In this document: in pieces, positions 38,264 through 49,710 of the stretch | How the letters are laid out: each line of letters opens with the position of its first letter | How positions within the stretch are numbered: the first letter of the stretch is position 1 | Assembly: GCA_951406725.2 (NCBI GenBank) | Contig: OX597823.1 | Location: 26,102,001 to 26,166,000, forward strand | DNA from: Octopus vulgaris | Lineage: Eukaryota | Direction: 5' to 3' | Length of the DNA stretch: 64,000 nt | The notes under the pieces: model-generated | Told to the model about the DNA's origin: nothing | The model's database searches: none | What the model saw: the letters and a program-made list of their open reading frames with translations, nothing else | Translations under genes and position numbers: made by a program

Positions 38264-38556
38264 CAATGGTTCACAAAGTGGGTGGTACTATTCCCCCTGG
38301 GGGCAGTGGAAAGATCCAGCGGGGGGGGGGGGTTGAAGTAAAATGGGGCGATAACAGGGTGACTAAAATGGGGCAGTGAATATAAAAAAACAAATAAAAT
38401 AAAGGGTTAATTAGGTTAAGTTTTATTTGTGAAATACTGTTTTTTTTAACTTGCTGCAGAAAATGGTCAATGTCTGTGATGGTGAGTGGGGGGGGCACTA
38501 GGAATGTGGCCTTAGAATCAAGGGGGCGGCAGCCTGAAAAAGTTTGGGAACCACTG
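38264..38556. mobile_element. hAT (Charlie-type) MITE
   Basis: TIRs CAATGGTTCACAAAG / GTTTGGGAACCACTG; perfect 8-bp TSD CTTTAGTA at 38256-38263 and 38557-38564. Confidence 0.93.
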
Positions 38557-39671
38557 CTTTAGTATTATTAAGCTTATAAGTTGTGCTCCATGGACAGCTA
38601 AGGAGGGTACTCAGTCACTGATGAAATCCCAACACAAGATTAAAACTAGTCCAGTTCATTGCCCTTTTTCTGCTCATGGAGATATTCTATACAAAGACAA
38701 GATATTTACATCTGTCTATTACATACAGGTTTGGCTTAAGTCTAAAAAATATAGATTTTTTTTTTTATATAGATTAAACATACCACATTGTAGTATTGTA
38801 TGAAACTAGATAATGGAGTCTTAGAAATAGTATTTATAAAAAGAAAATAGGATGATTATAGTTGGAACATCTTTTATTATAGGTCTGATTGATTAAGGAA
38901 GATTTAGAGTTAAACAACACTAAAACATCAATAGCAATATGAAAGCAAATGGTGTGATAGTGCCATTTAGTCAACCTCATATCTACTGATTAGTTAATAT
39001 TATAGTGTGATAGTTTATAGTTTTCTCATAAATATATTTTACATTCTTTCTTATATTATCAACACAGCCTGCTCTACAGAGTGGTTGGTGTTAGGAAGGG
39101 CAACCAGCTGTAAAACTATGCCAAAGCAGACACAGAAGCATGGTGCAGGCTCCTGCCTGGCCAGCTCCTGTCAAACCATCCAATCTATGCCAACATGGAA
39201 AGAGGACATTAAATGATGATGATGATGATGATGATAGTGTGCTACTTATTGTCATTAGGCACAGGTGTTAGTAAATTATTAGATATTTGCTCACAGGTTT
39301 TGATCTCACTGTACATAAAGCAGCAGAAATTCTGGTAGTGTGCCAATTTTGCCAATCCAATACCTTGAAATATGTGCTAAAATGCTAGAGGTTTATTGGA
39401 TTAAATATACATAGTTTTAAATTTATTGTAGAATACTGAACTTAAATTATGTTCTTAGCTGCCGAAGCATCTGAAAGGCGCTATTTTCTTACATTAATCA
39501 CAACATTGGGGTTGTGATAAGAGAAAAAGAGATAGAGAGGATATAAAAACAGTTCATGCCATTTGACAAACATATGTGGCTCTTTACAAAATATCAACAT
39601 GACTCAAGGTTGTGCCACCAAGTTTAGACTTAAATTTGTCCTTACAGTCTAGAACGGGATTTCCTAACAGT

Positions 39672-39905
39672 TGTGAAAGGTAGGAGAGTCCAGTTTGCTG
39701 GACATTGTTGTAGAGCTGAAAGCGAGACAATTTCTACTCTTCTCCTCTGGAAGCCATCTACTCGCAATACCAGAGGGCGCACACTCTCCTACCCTGATGT
39801 AATCTCCAGGTATACAGGCATCCAGCAACAGGACCTCCGTAATGCTGGCGTAGCATGGTAAATTCCATTGTCTCGACCACGGTCGAACAATGATGATGAT
39901 GATGA
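39672..39905 (+). mobile_element. 5'-truncated RTE-group LINE 3' end
   Basis: Reads GRRVQFAGHCCRAESETISTLLLWKP...GRTLSYPDV, followed by a (TGA)n tail. Confidence 0.8.
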
Positions 39906-40081
39906 ACAGTTAAAGTGAGGGATAAATAGATTAACAGAAAAACATGTTACCTCATATTATTATTAATGAGGACTTTTCAAAATTTTACAGATGGGCTTCA
40001 GATCAGTTTTAAAAGTTTCTAAAATTAAAATCCAGAATCTGAAGAAAATGGTAAGAATTTGAATCAGTAAAATGGTATTAA

Positions 40082-40300
40082 ACCTTTTGTTATCCACCCA
40101 GCTGAAACCGGTTCTGGCTCTGAGTACAAATGCCTTGTTTTCAAAGTTTTGAATTAAAATCTTCCACCAAAGCTTAGTAACAATTTACATTCCTAACACT
40201 AGCTGAATAATAACTAAGTTATTTTACTAAATTCTTTGTTATATTTAAAGTAATTGAAAGAAACATAAAGCATCTCAAAATAAATACAGTAATGAAAGGG
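40082..40300. mobile_element. piggyBac-like MITE
   Basis: TTAA on both sides; termini ACCTTTTGTTAT / GTAATGAAAGGG. Confidence 0.82.
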
Positions 40301-40342
40301 TTAAACATCAAAAGATAGATATCAATCGGTTTGGTTACCACA

Positions 40343-40553
40343 AGGCTGGCAGAATTGGTAGCACTCCAGACAAAATGCTTAGTGATATTTCATTTGTCTT
40401 TATGTCTTGAGTTCAAATTTCAATGAGGTTGACTTTGCCTTTCATCCTTTCAAGATCAATAAAGTAAGTACCAGTTGATTGCTGGAGGGGTTGATATAAT
40501 TGACTTAACTCTTCCCTTGAAATTGCTGACCTTGTGCCAAAACTTGAAACCAA
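40343..40553 (+). mobile_element. tRNA-derived Meta-type SINE
   Basis: Family homology to 23513. Confidence 0.85.
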
Positions 40554-40976
40554 TAAGTTTGATTACTATGAGAACATGAAGAGTGGAAAAACTGATTTTT
40601 TTTTTACAGAAACTTTATGCCAAATATTGCATTTTTTTCTCTTTTCTTGCAGCTTTTATGACAGACATTTGTTTTACAGTTAGCATATGAATTTAAAGAT
40701 TAAATTTATCTGTTGATTTTTTTTCTTTTATATTGTACCAGATATTCACATATATTTTGCTTATATTTTAATTCGTTTTCCTAAAATTCTTGCCAGGCGA
40801 TGCTAAATCTGCAATTATGTTGAAATGGTTCTAGTATTTTCATTTTTTGTTCTTTGTTTGACTATAAATTATGAAAAATAGCACAGTTTGAAAGTATTCA
40901 ATGGAGTGTTAGTATGATTCAGCAAACACTTTATGCCCACCCAAAGAGATGTATTTCACTGGTGTTACTGGAGGAG

Positions 40977-41020
<44 letters not shown>

Positions 41021-41022
<2 letters not shown>

Positions 41023-44000
41023 GAAGTTCTTGAGGCCTTCTACCATGCCATATATTTCCCCACAGATAAATCTAACACTGTACAAACATACTTAAACTGG
41101 AGACAGAAACACTCTGAAGTAAGACCCTACATAGACAGTAAGAAACTTGCCAACATCAGAAGAAATATTATAAAAAAAAAATTACTGACTGAAGTAGAGA
41201 TTGATCAAGTTAGACAAGCAATATCAGATAAAATGAACGAAGCTGCAGCTAGAGAAGATAATACAAAGGAAATAATTATAGACCAGCCCAGGGCTGATAA
41301 AAACGAAGTAAAGATTGAAAGAGTTAGTATAAGTGATAGGCAAAGTGAAATACTCCCTGAACCAATCATAAACACTAAGACAGATGAACAAATAGATAAA
41401 GAAAGTCACACAAATATTGACCCAACAGAACTACATGAGCTAAAAAATCAAATCATGATTGAATGGCTGAAAATTAAAGAAACCAGTATGGATGAACGTG
41501 ATGCACTCCCTAAAATCCGCAACTCTAACCAAAACATGAAAATAATTGGTAAAATCCAGCTTGCACTTAAGGATATAATTTCAGCTAATGATGATGATAT
41601 CACAAATCTCAACCACCTATACTATGCATCCGCGAAAATCTCAACGATCCTATGTGGTGTAAAGATTAGAAAACGGCAACATTCCCACAAAAAGCCTTCT
41701 TGGCAAGAGCGTCTGCAACAACAAATTAAACTATTTAGATCTGACATTGAATATTTAAAAAACCTTAAGGTTCACAAGACTACCAAACCTACAAAAACCA
41801 AAAAATTACTGAAAAAATACAATATGAAAACTATACTTGATATCGATGCCACCATAGAAACCATCAAACAAAAAGGTATCTGCCAAAGCTGCCCGCATAG
41901 CGAGGTATGAAAAGCATGTTAGATTTTTCAAGGACAACAACATGTTCAAAAATAATACCAAGAATTTTTACAGGAAGATAGGAAAAACAGCGTTTACTGC
42001 AAGGTCTGTACCATCAAAAGAAGAAGTGCAGGGATTTTGGAATAAAATTTGGGCAGAAGAAAAAACACACAACGAAAAGGCCCCCTGGATTGACAGAATA
42101 TCTACAGAACTGGACCTCTTAGAAGAGCAAAAGTGGGAGGGTGTCAAGGTAGAAGATATAAGATCTGCTCTCAGGAGGTCAAGCAAATGGAAGTCTCCAG
42201 GAAAGGATAAAATTCCTAACTTCTGGCTGAATGACTTCCCAGAGAGCCATGAACTGCTAACAGAACTTCACAATGATGTTTTGCAACATCCTAGTAGGAT
42301 ACCTCCTTGGCTAGTTAATGGGTTAACATTCCTGCTTCCAAAAAGTGAAGAAACAAATGAACAAAAAAACTATAGACCCATAACCTGCTTAACAACTATG
42401 TATAAAACGCTAACATCTGTCCTGACGGAATATACTTATAGCTTTTTAACAGACAGTAGCATATTCCCTAATGAACAGAAAGATGTAAACGTGGATCCTA
42501 CGGCTGTAAAGATCAACTACTCATCAATAAGTTGATCTTAGAAGATTGTCACAAACGACACAAAAACTTATCAATAGCCTGGATAGACTATAAAAAGGCA
42601 TTTGATAGCCTACCACATAGCTGGATTAGGAAATGCCTTGAAATGTATAAGATAGCACCTACTCTGCGAAACTTTTTCACTGTAAGTATGAGATCATGGA
42701 GAACCACACTAACTCTGAACAGTGACAATGAATCCCTAAATGCTGGTGATGTAAAAATTGTGTGTGGCATTTTCCAGGGTGACTTTTGTTTAGCCTTAAT
42801 ACCTCTCTCAAAACTGCTCAATGACGCGCAGTACGGGTATAAAATGTTTGATAAAAATATAAATCATCTCATTTACATGGATGATTTAAAGCTTTTTGCA
42901 AAAAATGACCAACAACTCAAGGGCTTACTAGCGATAGTCAAACAATTCAGTGATGACATCAGAATGCAATTCGGCCTCGATAAATGTGCAAAAGCTACCT
43001 TTATCAAAGGAAAAATGACAGAAACATCTAATGTTAACCTTGACCAGCAGAATGTCATAAAAGAACTAGACCCAGCAGAGAGCTAGAAGTACCTAGGGGT
43101 AATTGAAGGGAACGGAATAAGGCATTCAGAGATGAAGGAAAGGATCAGAAGAGAATGTTATCGAAGAGTGAGAGCAATACTCAAGACAGAGCTGAATGCA
43201 AGAAACAGGATCGAAGCGATCAATGCATTAGCCATACCAGTCGTGACTTACAGTTTCAATATCGTTAATTGGTCAATTACTGAAATATGTCAGCTCAACA
43301 GAAAAATAAGAAAACTGTTGACAATGCATAGAATGCACCACCCTAAGGCAGATACAGAACAACTTTATCTGCCAAGAAAAGAGGGAGGCCGTGGTCTTTT
43401 GCAACTGGCAATAACAATGAAGATTGCTACAATTGGCCTAGACACCTACCTGAAAAAGTCTGAGGACTGGATGTTAAAACTTGTCTCAAAACATGAAAAC
43501 AAGAAAGCATCATACTCAGTAACAAAACAGGCAAAGGAATATCTAAGTGAATTCCGAATACAACAAATTTCGGAATTAGAGATAGACATACAAGAAACAA
43601 GCACAGAAAAAGCTAGGCGCATAATAACTCGTGCCAAAACTGCGGCCTTAGATATTCTGAATAATAAATGGCAAGAAAAACCTCTCTATGGCAAATACCC
43701 AAAGAGAGCGAATAATGCAGATATTGACAAAGCCCTGACCCATCAATGGCTAATGGCCTCTGGCTTAAAATCTGAAACAGAAGGGTTTATCATAGCAGCT
43801 CAAGATCAATGCCTACCAACAAGAAACTACCAGGCCAACATATTAAAGAATGGCAGTAGCCCAACATGTCGTGTATGCCAACAACAAAATGAAACCATTG
43901 ATCATGTTGTCTCCAAATGCAGTCTTCTAGCGCCTACAGAGTACCTCAACAGGCATGATAGAGCTGCACAATATATTCACTGGGTAATTTGCAAAAACCT

Positions 44001-44433
44001 GGATTTGCCCCATGAAAAAAACTGGTGGGAACACAATCCACCTCCAGTGCTTGAAAATGACCACATCTCACTCCTCTGGAACTTCACCATTCAAACTGAC
44101 AGAAAGATAGATGCAAATAGGCCAGACATCATATTGAAAGACTTCAGACAAAGAACATGCCTCCTCATTGATATGACTGTCCCAATCGATATAAACGTAT
44201 CTGTCAAGACCTACCAAAAACTGAGCAAATATAAAGATCTTGAAATAGAAATCAGCAAAATGTGGAACCTGAAGACTAAAACAATACCTGTTGTCATAGG
44301 TGCCCTGGGAATGATAGCAAAAGGGGCTGATTGCTACCTAACTCAGATACCAGGAAACCCCAAAATGGCAGAAATTCAAAAGATAGTGCCTATGGGAACT
44401 GCTCATATCCTACGCAAAATACTCTCTATGTAA
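41021..44433 (+). pseudogene. Reverse transcriptase plus restriction-like endonuclease polyprotein, disrupted
   Basis: RT motifs [30 protein letters not shown] and YMDDLKL; CCHC CRVC..ETIDHVVSKC; RLE motifs RHD, NRPDI, IDMTVP and KLSKY. Frameshifts near 41870 and 42480, a short in-frame deletion after QGD, and a stop at 43086. Confidence 0.93.
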
Positions 44434-44621
44434 TCCCAAGGTTTAAAACAATTTTTTTTTTTTATGTATTAGACATTCACTAGTACAACACCCCAAAAAA
44501 TCAAATATATGGCACACTAGGCATAACGACAACGTGAACTTCCAGCCTGTTGTCTCTTGAGGTCTCTGGGTGAGACTTGTACAACCAACTTGTACAGACA
44601 TAAAGCAAAAGTCAAACATAG
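41021..44621 (+). mobile_element. 5'-truncated R4/Dong-clade non-LTR retrotransposon inserted in (AAT)n
   Basis: (AAT)n on both sides (40978-41020 and 44622-44724). Single RT plus RLE frame, and a 3' UTR of about 190 bp. Confidence 0.92.
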
Positions 44622-44637
44622 AATAATAATAATAATG

Positions 44638-44727
<90 letters not shown>

Positions 44728-44749
44728 CATTCTACTATTAAAAATAATA

Positions 44750-44965
44750 ATGGTTTCAAATTTTGGCACAAGGCCAGAGGTTTTGAGGAAGGGGTTTAGT
44801 CAATTGCATTGATTCCAATGCTTCAATGGAACGCATTTTATCGACCCAAAAAGGATGAAGAATAAAGTCAACCTCAGTGGCATTTGAACCCAGAATGTAA
44901 ACACGGATGGAATGTCGCTAAACATTTGCCCAGCGTGCTAATGGTTCTGCTAGCTTGCCACCTTC

Positions 44966-45016
<51 letters not shown>

Positions 45017-45212
45017 CCTTTCTACTAAATGCACAAGGCCTGACATTTTGGGGAGGGCGCTAGTTGATTACATGGAACCCAGTGCTTAACTGGTGCTTAT
45101 TTTATCCAACAAAAGTTGACCTCGGTGATATTTGAACTCAGAAATTAAAGATGGACAAAATGTTGCTAAATGTTTTGCCTGTCATGCTAACGATTCTGCA
45201 ATCTTGCCACCT
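44750..45212 (-). mobile_element. Two tandem Meta-type SINEs separated by (AAT)n
   Basis: Copies at about 44750-44964 and 45017-45212, both reverse complements of the 23513 family. Confidence 0.85.
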
Positions 45213-45292
45213 TCAATAATAATAATGATGATGATGATGACATGATGTGTTATACATTTATACATATATATATATATATATATATATAGATA

Positions 45293-45352
<60 letters not shown>

Positions 45353-45364
45353 TATATATATATA

Positions 45365-45672
45365 TCATCAATCATCGTTTAACGTCCACTTTCCATACTA
45401 GCATGGGTTGGACGATTTGACTGAGGTCTGGCAAACTAGATGGCTGCACCAGACCCCAATCAGATCTGGCAGAGTTTCTACAGCTGGATGCCCTTCCTAA
45501 CACCAAACATTCCGAGAGTGTAGTGGGTGCTTTTATGTGCCACCAGCACGGAGGCCAGCTTCTTGCTCTGGCAACGATCACACTCATATGGTACTCTTAG
45601 CATTCCACTAGCATGGATGCCAGTCATTGAATTTGATTTTGATTTTGATTTCACTTGCCTCAACAGGTCTTT
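45365..45672 (-). mobile_element. RTE-associated non-autonomous retroelement (SINE-like)
   Basis: CATCATCGTTTAACGTCC...GCTGGATGCCCTTCCTAAC module. Relatives near 14400, 27540, 34215, 39070, 54740, 59634 and 63405. Confidence 0.75.
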
Positions 45673-45673
45673 G

Positions 45674-45709
<36 letters not shown>

Positions 45710-45869
45710 CGGGACCAGCCATTTGAATGTGGCTAGGGACAGGGCGGGGTGGTGGGGGTGTTACTGATGCATTTAGCCCCAGGCGACTATAGACGTCACC
45801 AGGAGAGCCGACACCATCACGGTGTCCTTGCTAGCCTGCAAAGGGAGATCAGCCTCCCTGAAGATACGA

Positions 45870-45916
45870 ATGCTACACACGGACCGGTTTCGAGGTATTG
45901 CCTCTCGTCAGCGCAT
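45870..45916 (-). ncRNA. Minimal type I hammerhead ribozyme motif (copy 1)
   Basis: Exact reverse complement of 46578-46624. Confidence 0.72.
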
Positions 45917-46228
45917 GGCAAACACCGTTCTTCGTTGAGGGACTTCCTCTACAGGCTAGAAATATATAGATTTTCACTGTAAACACAGTCACTGGCGTTG
46001 AAAATCTGTTCGATAACAATAATAAATCTCTAAGCGAGGTATAAACAGTAACTGCTCTGTAATATAAGCGGGACCAGCCATCTGAATGTGGCTAGGGACA
46101 GGGCGGGGTGGTGGGGGTGTTACTTATGCATTTAGCCCCAGGCGACTATAGACGTCACCAGGAGAGCCGACACCATCACGGTGTCCTTGCTAGCCTGCAA
46201 AGGGAGATCAGCCTCCCCGAAGATACGA

Positions 46229-46275
46229 ATGCTACACACGGACCGGTTTCGAGGTATTGCCTCTCGTCAGCGCAT
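46229..46275 (-). ncRNA. Minimal type I hammerhead ribozyme motif (copy 2)
   Basis: Exact reverse complement of 46578-46624, 359 bp from copy 1. Confidence 0.72.
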
Positions 46276-46577
46276 GGCAAACACCGTTCTTCGTTGAGGG
46301 ACTTCAAGGACACCATGATGGTGTCGGCTCTCCTGGTGACGTCTATAGTCGCCTGGGGCTAAATGCATAAGTAACACCCCCACCACCCCGCCCTGTCCCT
46401 AGCCACATTCAGATGGATGGTCCCGCTTATATTACAGAGCAGTTACTGTTTATACCTCGCTTAGAGATTTATTATTGTTATCGAACAGATTTTCGACGCC
46501 AGTGACTGTGTTTACAGTGAAAATCTATATATTTCTAGCCTGTAGAGGAAGTCCCTCAATGAAGAACGGTGTTTGCC

Positions 46578-46624
46578 ATGCGCTGACGAGAGGCAATACC
46601 TCGAAACCGGTCCGTGTGTAGCAT
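46578..46624 (+). ncRNA. Minimal type I hammerhead ribozyme motif (copy 3)
   Basis: ATGC-g-CTGACGA-GAGG caata CCTC-GAAA-C cggtccgtgt G-TA-GCAT. It has the CUGANGA and GAAA core boxes, a 4-bp stem II, a GUA cleavage triplet and a 4-bp stem I with one extra G. Stem III is weak and overlaps the palindrome ACCGGT. Confidence 0.75.
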
Positions 46625-46937
46625 TCGTATCTTCGGGGAGGCTGATCTCCCTTTGCAGGCTAGCAAGGACACCGTGATGGTGTCGGCTCTCCTGGTGACG
46701 TCTATAGTCGCCTGGGGCTAAATGCATCAGTAACACCCCCACCACCCCACCCTGTCCCTAGCCACATTCAGATGGCTGGGCTTATATTACAGAGTAGTTA
46801 CTGTTTATACCTCGCTTAGAGATTTATTATTATATATATATATATATATATAAATGTCAGTGTACATGTACAAATTGATCCTTCTGACACCAAACCCAAC
46901 TGAGTTCCTTCATTCTATGATAAAAATCCCTCTATTT

Positions 46938-47288
46938 TAGGAGTTCTCAACCATTTTTTTTTTCTGTGGACCTCTTTGATTATTATTTCATTCTGGTGGA
47001 ACTCTATGGCCATTCAATGTTTATAAACTAGTTTTATAGAAACTTCTTTCAAAATTCCTATTTTGTTTTCCACACATTAACTTGAATAGGTTGAACTATG
47101 TAATATGTTAAAGAAATCCATCTGTTTCTTGCAATACATACCAATACATAGATCTAAAGCAAAAGATTTTTAGGGGCCCTTAAAATACTATTGTGGATTT
47201 TCAATTTACTATTTTGTTGCGTGGATCCCCACCCCGAAATCTCATAAGGACCCTCATGGGCCATATGGTCCCTGGTTGAGAAACACTG
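46938..47288. mobile_element. hAT (Charlie-type) MITE
   Basis: TIRs TAGGAGTTCTCAACC / GGTTGAGAAACACTG; perfect 8-bp TSD CTCTATTT at 46930-46937 and 47289-47296. Confidence 0.9.
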
Positions 47289-47445
47289 CTCTATTTTCAA
47301 GTGTTTATATTTAGATTCTTCCCTACCATCATAATAATTTGTAAGAACCTATTAGGTTGTGTTCAAAAAATCATCTCAATGAGAGAGATTAGTTGTTTTA
47401 TTAAAAAAAAAATCTAAATTTTTGTTCAAGAAGTGTGTGTGTGTG

Positions 47446-47657
47446 TTAGCGCGCTGGGCAAAATGCTTAGTGGTATTTCGTCTATCATTACGTTCTGAGT
47501 TCAAATTCCGCCGAGGTCGACTTTGCCTTTCATCCTCTCGGGGTTGATAAATAAAGTACCAGTTTTGCACTGGGGTCGATGTAATCGACTTAATCCCTTT
47601 GTCTGTCCTTGTTTGTCCTCTCTGTGTTTAGCCCCTTGTGGGCAGTAAAGAAATAAA
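47446..47657 (+). mobile_element. tRNA-derived Meta-type SINE
   Basis: Close match to 20213-20432. Confidence 0.9.
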
Positions 47658-48295
47658 TATTTGATAGAATTATTCACAATATATTACTGGTACTCTTTCA
47701 AATCTATGAGCAAGTTTCTTTATGGGTGATCTGCTTGTTAGAAATAGCTACTGAATCTCTTTGAAATTTCATCCAAACATCATTTAAAAAGAGGAGCAGA
47801 TTGGATAACGTAATCCTAGATATGCAATGTTTGAGAGAAGGATAGGATGACCAAGACTGGAAGCCTTTTTGATCATAGTTCTACTGGATAATATGTAACC
47901 TAGGACTAAGGTACAACAGATTAAAAGATTCATAGAGATTTCCAACTTTAGTATGAAATTGGTTGTACATTTGGGGAAGTGGGGCAATCATAATGATGTT
48001 AGTCATATATTCGAAAAGATAAGGCATAGTGAATTTCAATAACCACCATAAAGCTGGTTGGTATTTATTTCATATTCTTCTCAATTCTTAAAGATGTGAC
48101 AAGCAGTCATGATACCTTAAACAAGAGCAAATAAGTTTGATTTAACCCTCTTAGATAAAAACCTATCTGAGACCACCTCTGACATTTTGATATCAACCCA
48201 GCCCTGGTCTTATGGTACCAACCCATTTGAGACTACTCTGGATTTAACCCATCAGAGACTACCCATGGTTTTACATAAATACATATACACCAATA

Positions 48296-49285
48296 CACCT
48301 GAGATTTTTGGCGTTCTTCATTATCTACATCAATAACATAGTAGACATCATCAAACGTTCTACATTGAAAATCTTTGTAGATGATTCCAAACTCCAGAAG
48401 GCCATAAACAGTATGGGAGACCAAATGTGCCTTCAGTCGGATTTGTTTGCTGTTGTCCAACAGGTAGGAAAGAACAATATGCTTCTAAATGAAGATGAGT
48501 TTAATTTGATCCACTTTGGAAAAGAGGATACTCTGTAACTACCATATTCCCTTCCCTCGGGTGACTACCTAGTGTCATCCAACACCAGAGACCTTGGAGT
48601 AATTATTGATAACAATCTAAGCTGGAGTTCCCACATAAACAACAAGATTGACTTGGCCTGCAAGATGTGCTCCTGGATTCTGAAAACTTTCCAGTCTAGA
48701 GATCTCTACACCAGTCTAGAGATGCCACCTTGAATACTGTTGCCCACACTGTGGTCTTCCCACATGAAGCAACTCATTATGAAAGTGGAAGCACTCCAGA
48801 GCTCAATAACAAGAAAGATAGATGGCATGACAGGCATTGACTAATGGGGTTGACTAAAAAAACTCAATCTCTACTCTCTCCAATGCCACCAGGGGCACTA
48901 CATCATTTGTGTGATGTGGAAAATATTGCACAAATGATGTTGGCATCAATTTTAAAATCCACCCAAGACTTGGTCCCCGTGCTATCCACCCACTATAAAA
49001 ATCGAACCCAGGATACATAACAAAATTACAACACAACTAATTTATCTCAACTGGTCCAGCCCTTTTTAATATCATACCAAAATATGTCAAAACAGAAACA
49101 GATCCCATAAAATTTAAAAGTTCTCTGGACAAATTTCTTCAAAAATCCTGGACCAACCTTCTACTCCTGGATATGTCTCCAACAATAACAACTCTTTGCT
49201 AGAATTGCCCATGGTGCCCCATATATGACTAAAAGACTTCACCAGGTGGTGCTATTAAGTTAGACATGGCCTGGGCCTATATTTT
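48296..49285 (+). mobile_element. 5'-truncated CR1-group LINE
   Basis: Reads FIIYINNI...KIFVDDSKL, LQSDL, RDLGVIIDNNLSWSSHI, PHLEYCCP and LNLYSLQ; multiple stops. Confidence 0.85.
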
Positions 49286-49498
49286 ATATATACCAACTTG
49301 TTTGTGAATATCCTTTGTTTCATATAAAAATACTCTGAGACTATTGCTGTTTTTATATAAACCAACTCACCTAAGAATATCTTGGGTTCTATGAGTAAAA
49401 ACCTCTTATTTTAAGGTGTTCATATTTAAACTAAACCCCCCCACTTTTCAATCTTAAGGAAGACCCTTTCATTAAATTATTTTTGAACAGTGATTTAA

Positions 49499-49710
49499 CC
49501 CTTTTTATACTAACCTGCTTGAAACCACCACCCCTGGTCCTTTAATACAAACATTATATTTTAAAGTGATCTAAATTAGACCTTCCATCAAAATTTCATC
49601 CAATACCAGATTAAATAATGACAAAGTTATTTTACTAATTTCCTTATTGTTTTCAAAATTAATTGAAACAAAGGCGATGCATTTCAACAGAAATGTGATA
49701 ACAACTGGGT
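49499..49710. mobile_element. piggyBac-like TTAA MITE
   Basis: TTAA-CCCTTT ... GGG-TTAA; homologous to 30265 and 40082. Confidence 0.72.

Larger units (their letters stand above)
45703..46831. mobile_element. Non-autonomous Penelope pLTR/retrozyme-like element: 359-bp unit in tandem and then inverted
   Basis: Period 359 (45709 matches 46068). Forward arm 45703-46305 (about 1.7 units), inverted arm 46305-46831 (about 1.5 units). Copies are nearly identical, and the element is flanked by (TA)n on both sides. Confidence 0.85.

Noticed and set aside
40933-41020. ATG and poly-Asn as the N-terminus of the retrotransposon protein
   Set aside because: This is flanking DNA plus the (AAT)n target that happens to be in frame with a 5'-truncated element.
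45736-45760. G-quadruplex-like run GGGACAGGGCGGGGTGGTGGGGG in the unit
   Set aside because: The pattern is real, but nothing in the sequence supports a function.
45749-45982. 77-aa ORF repeated three times in the 359-bp unit
   Set aside because: It starts at GTG, has no recognisable domain and is antisense to the hammerhead. Identity between copies only reflects recent duplication.
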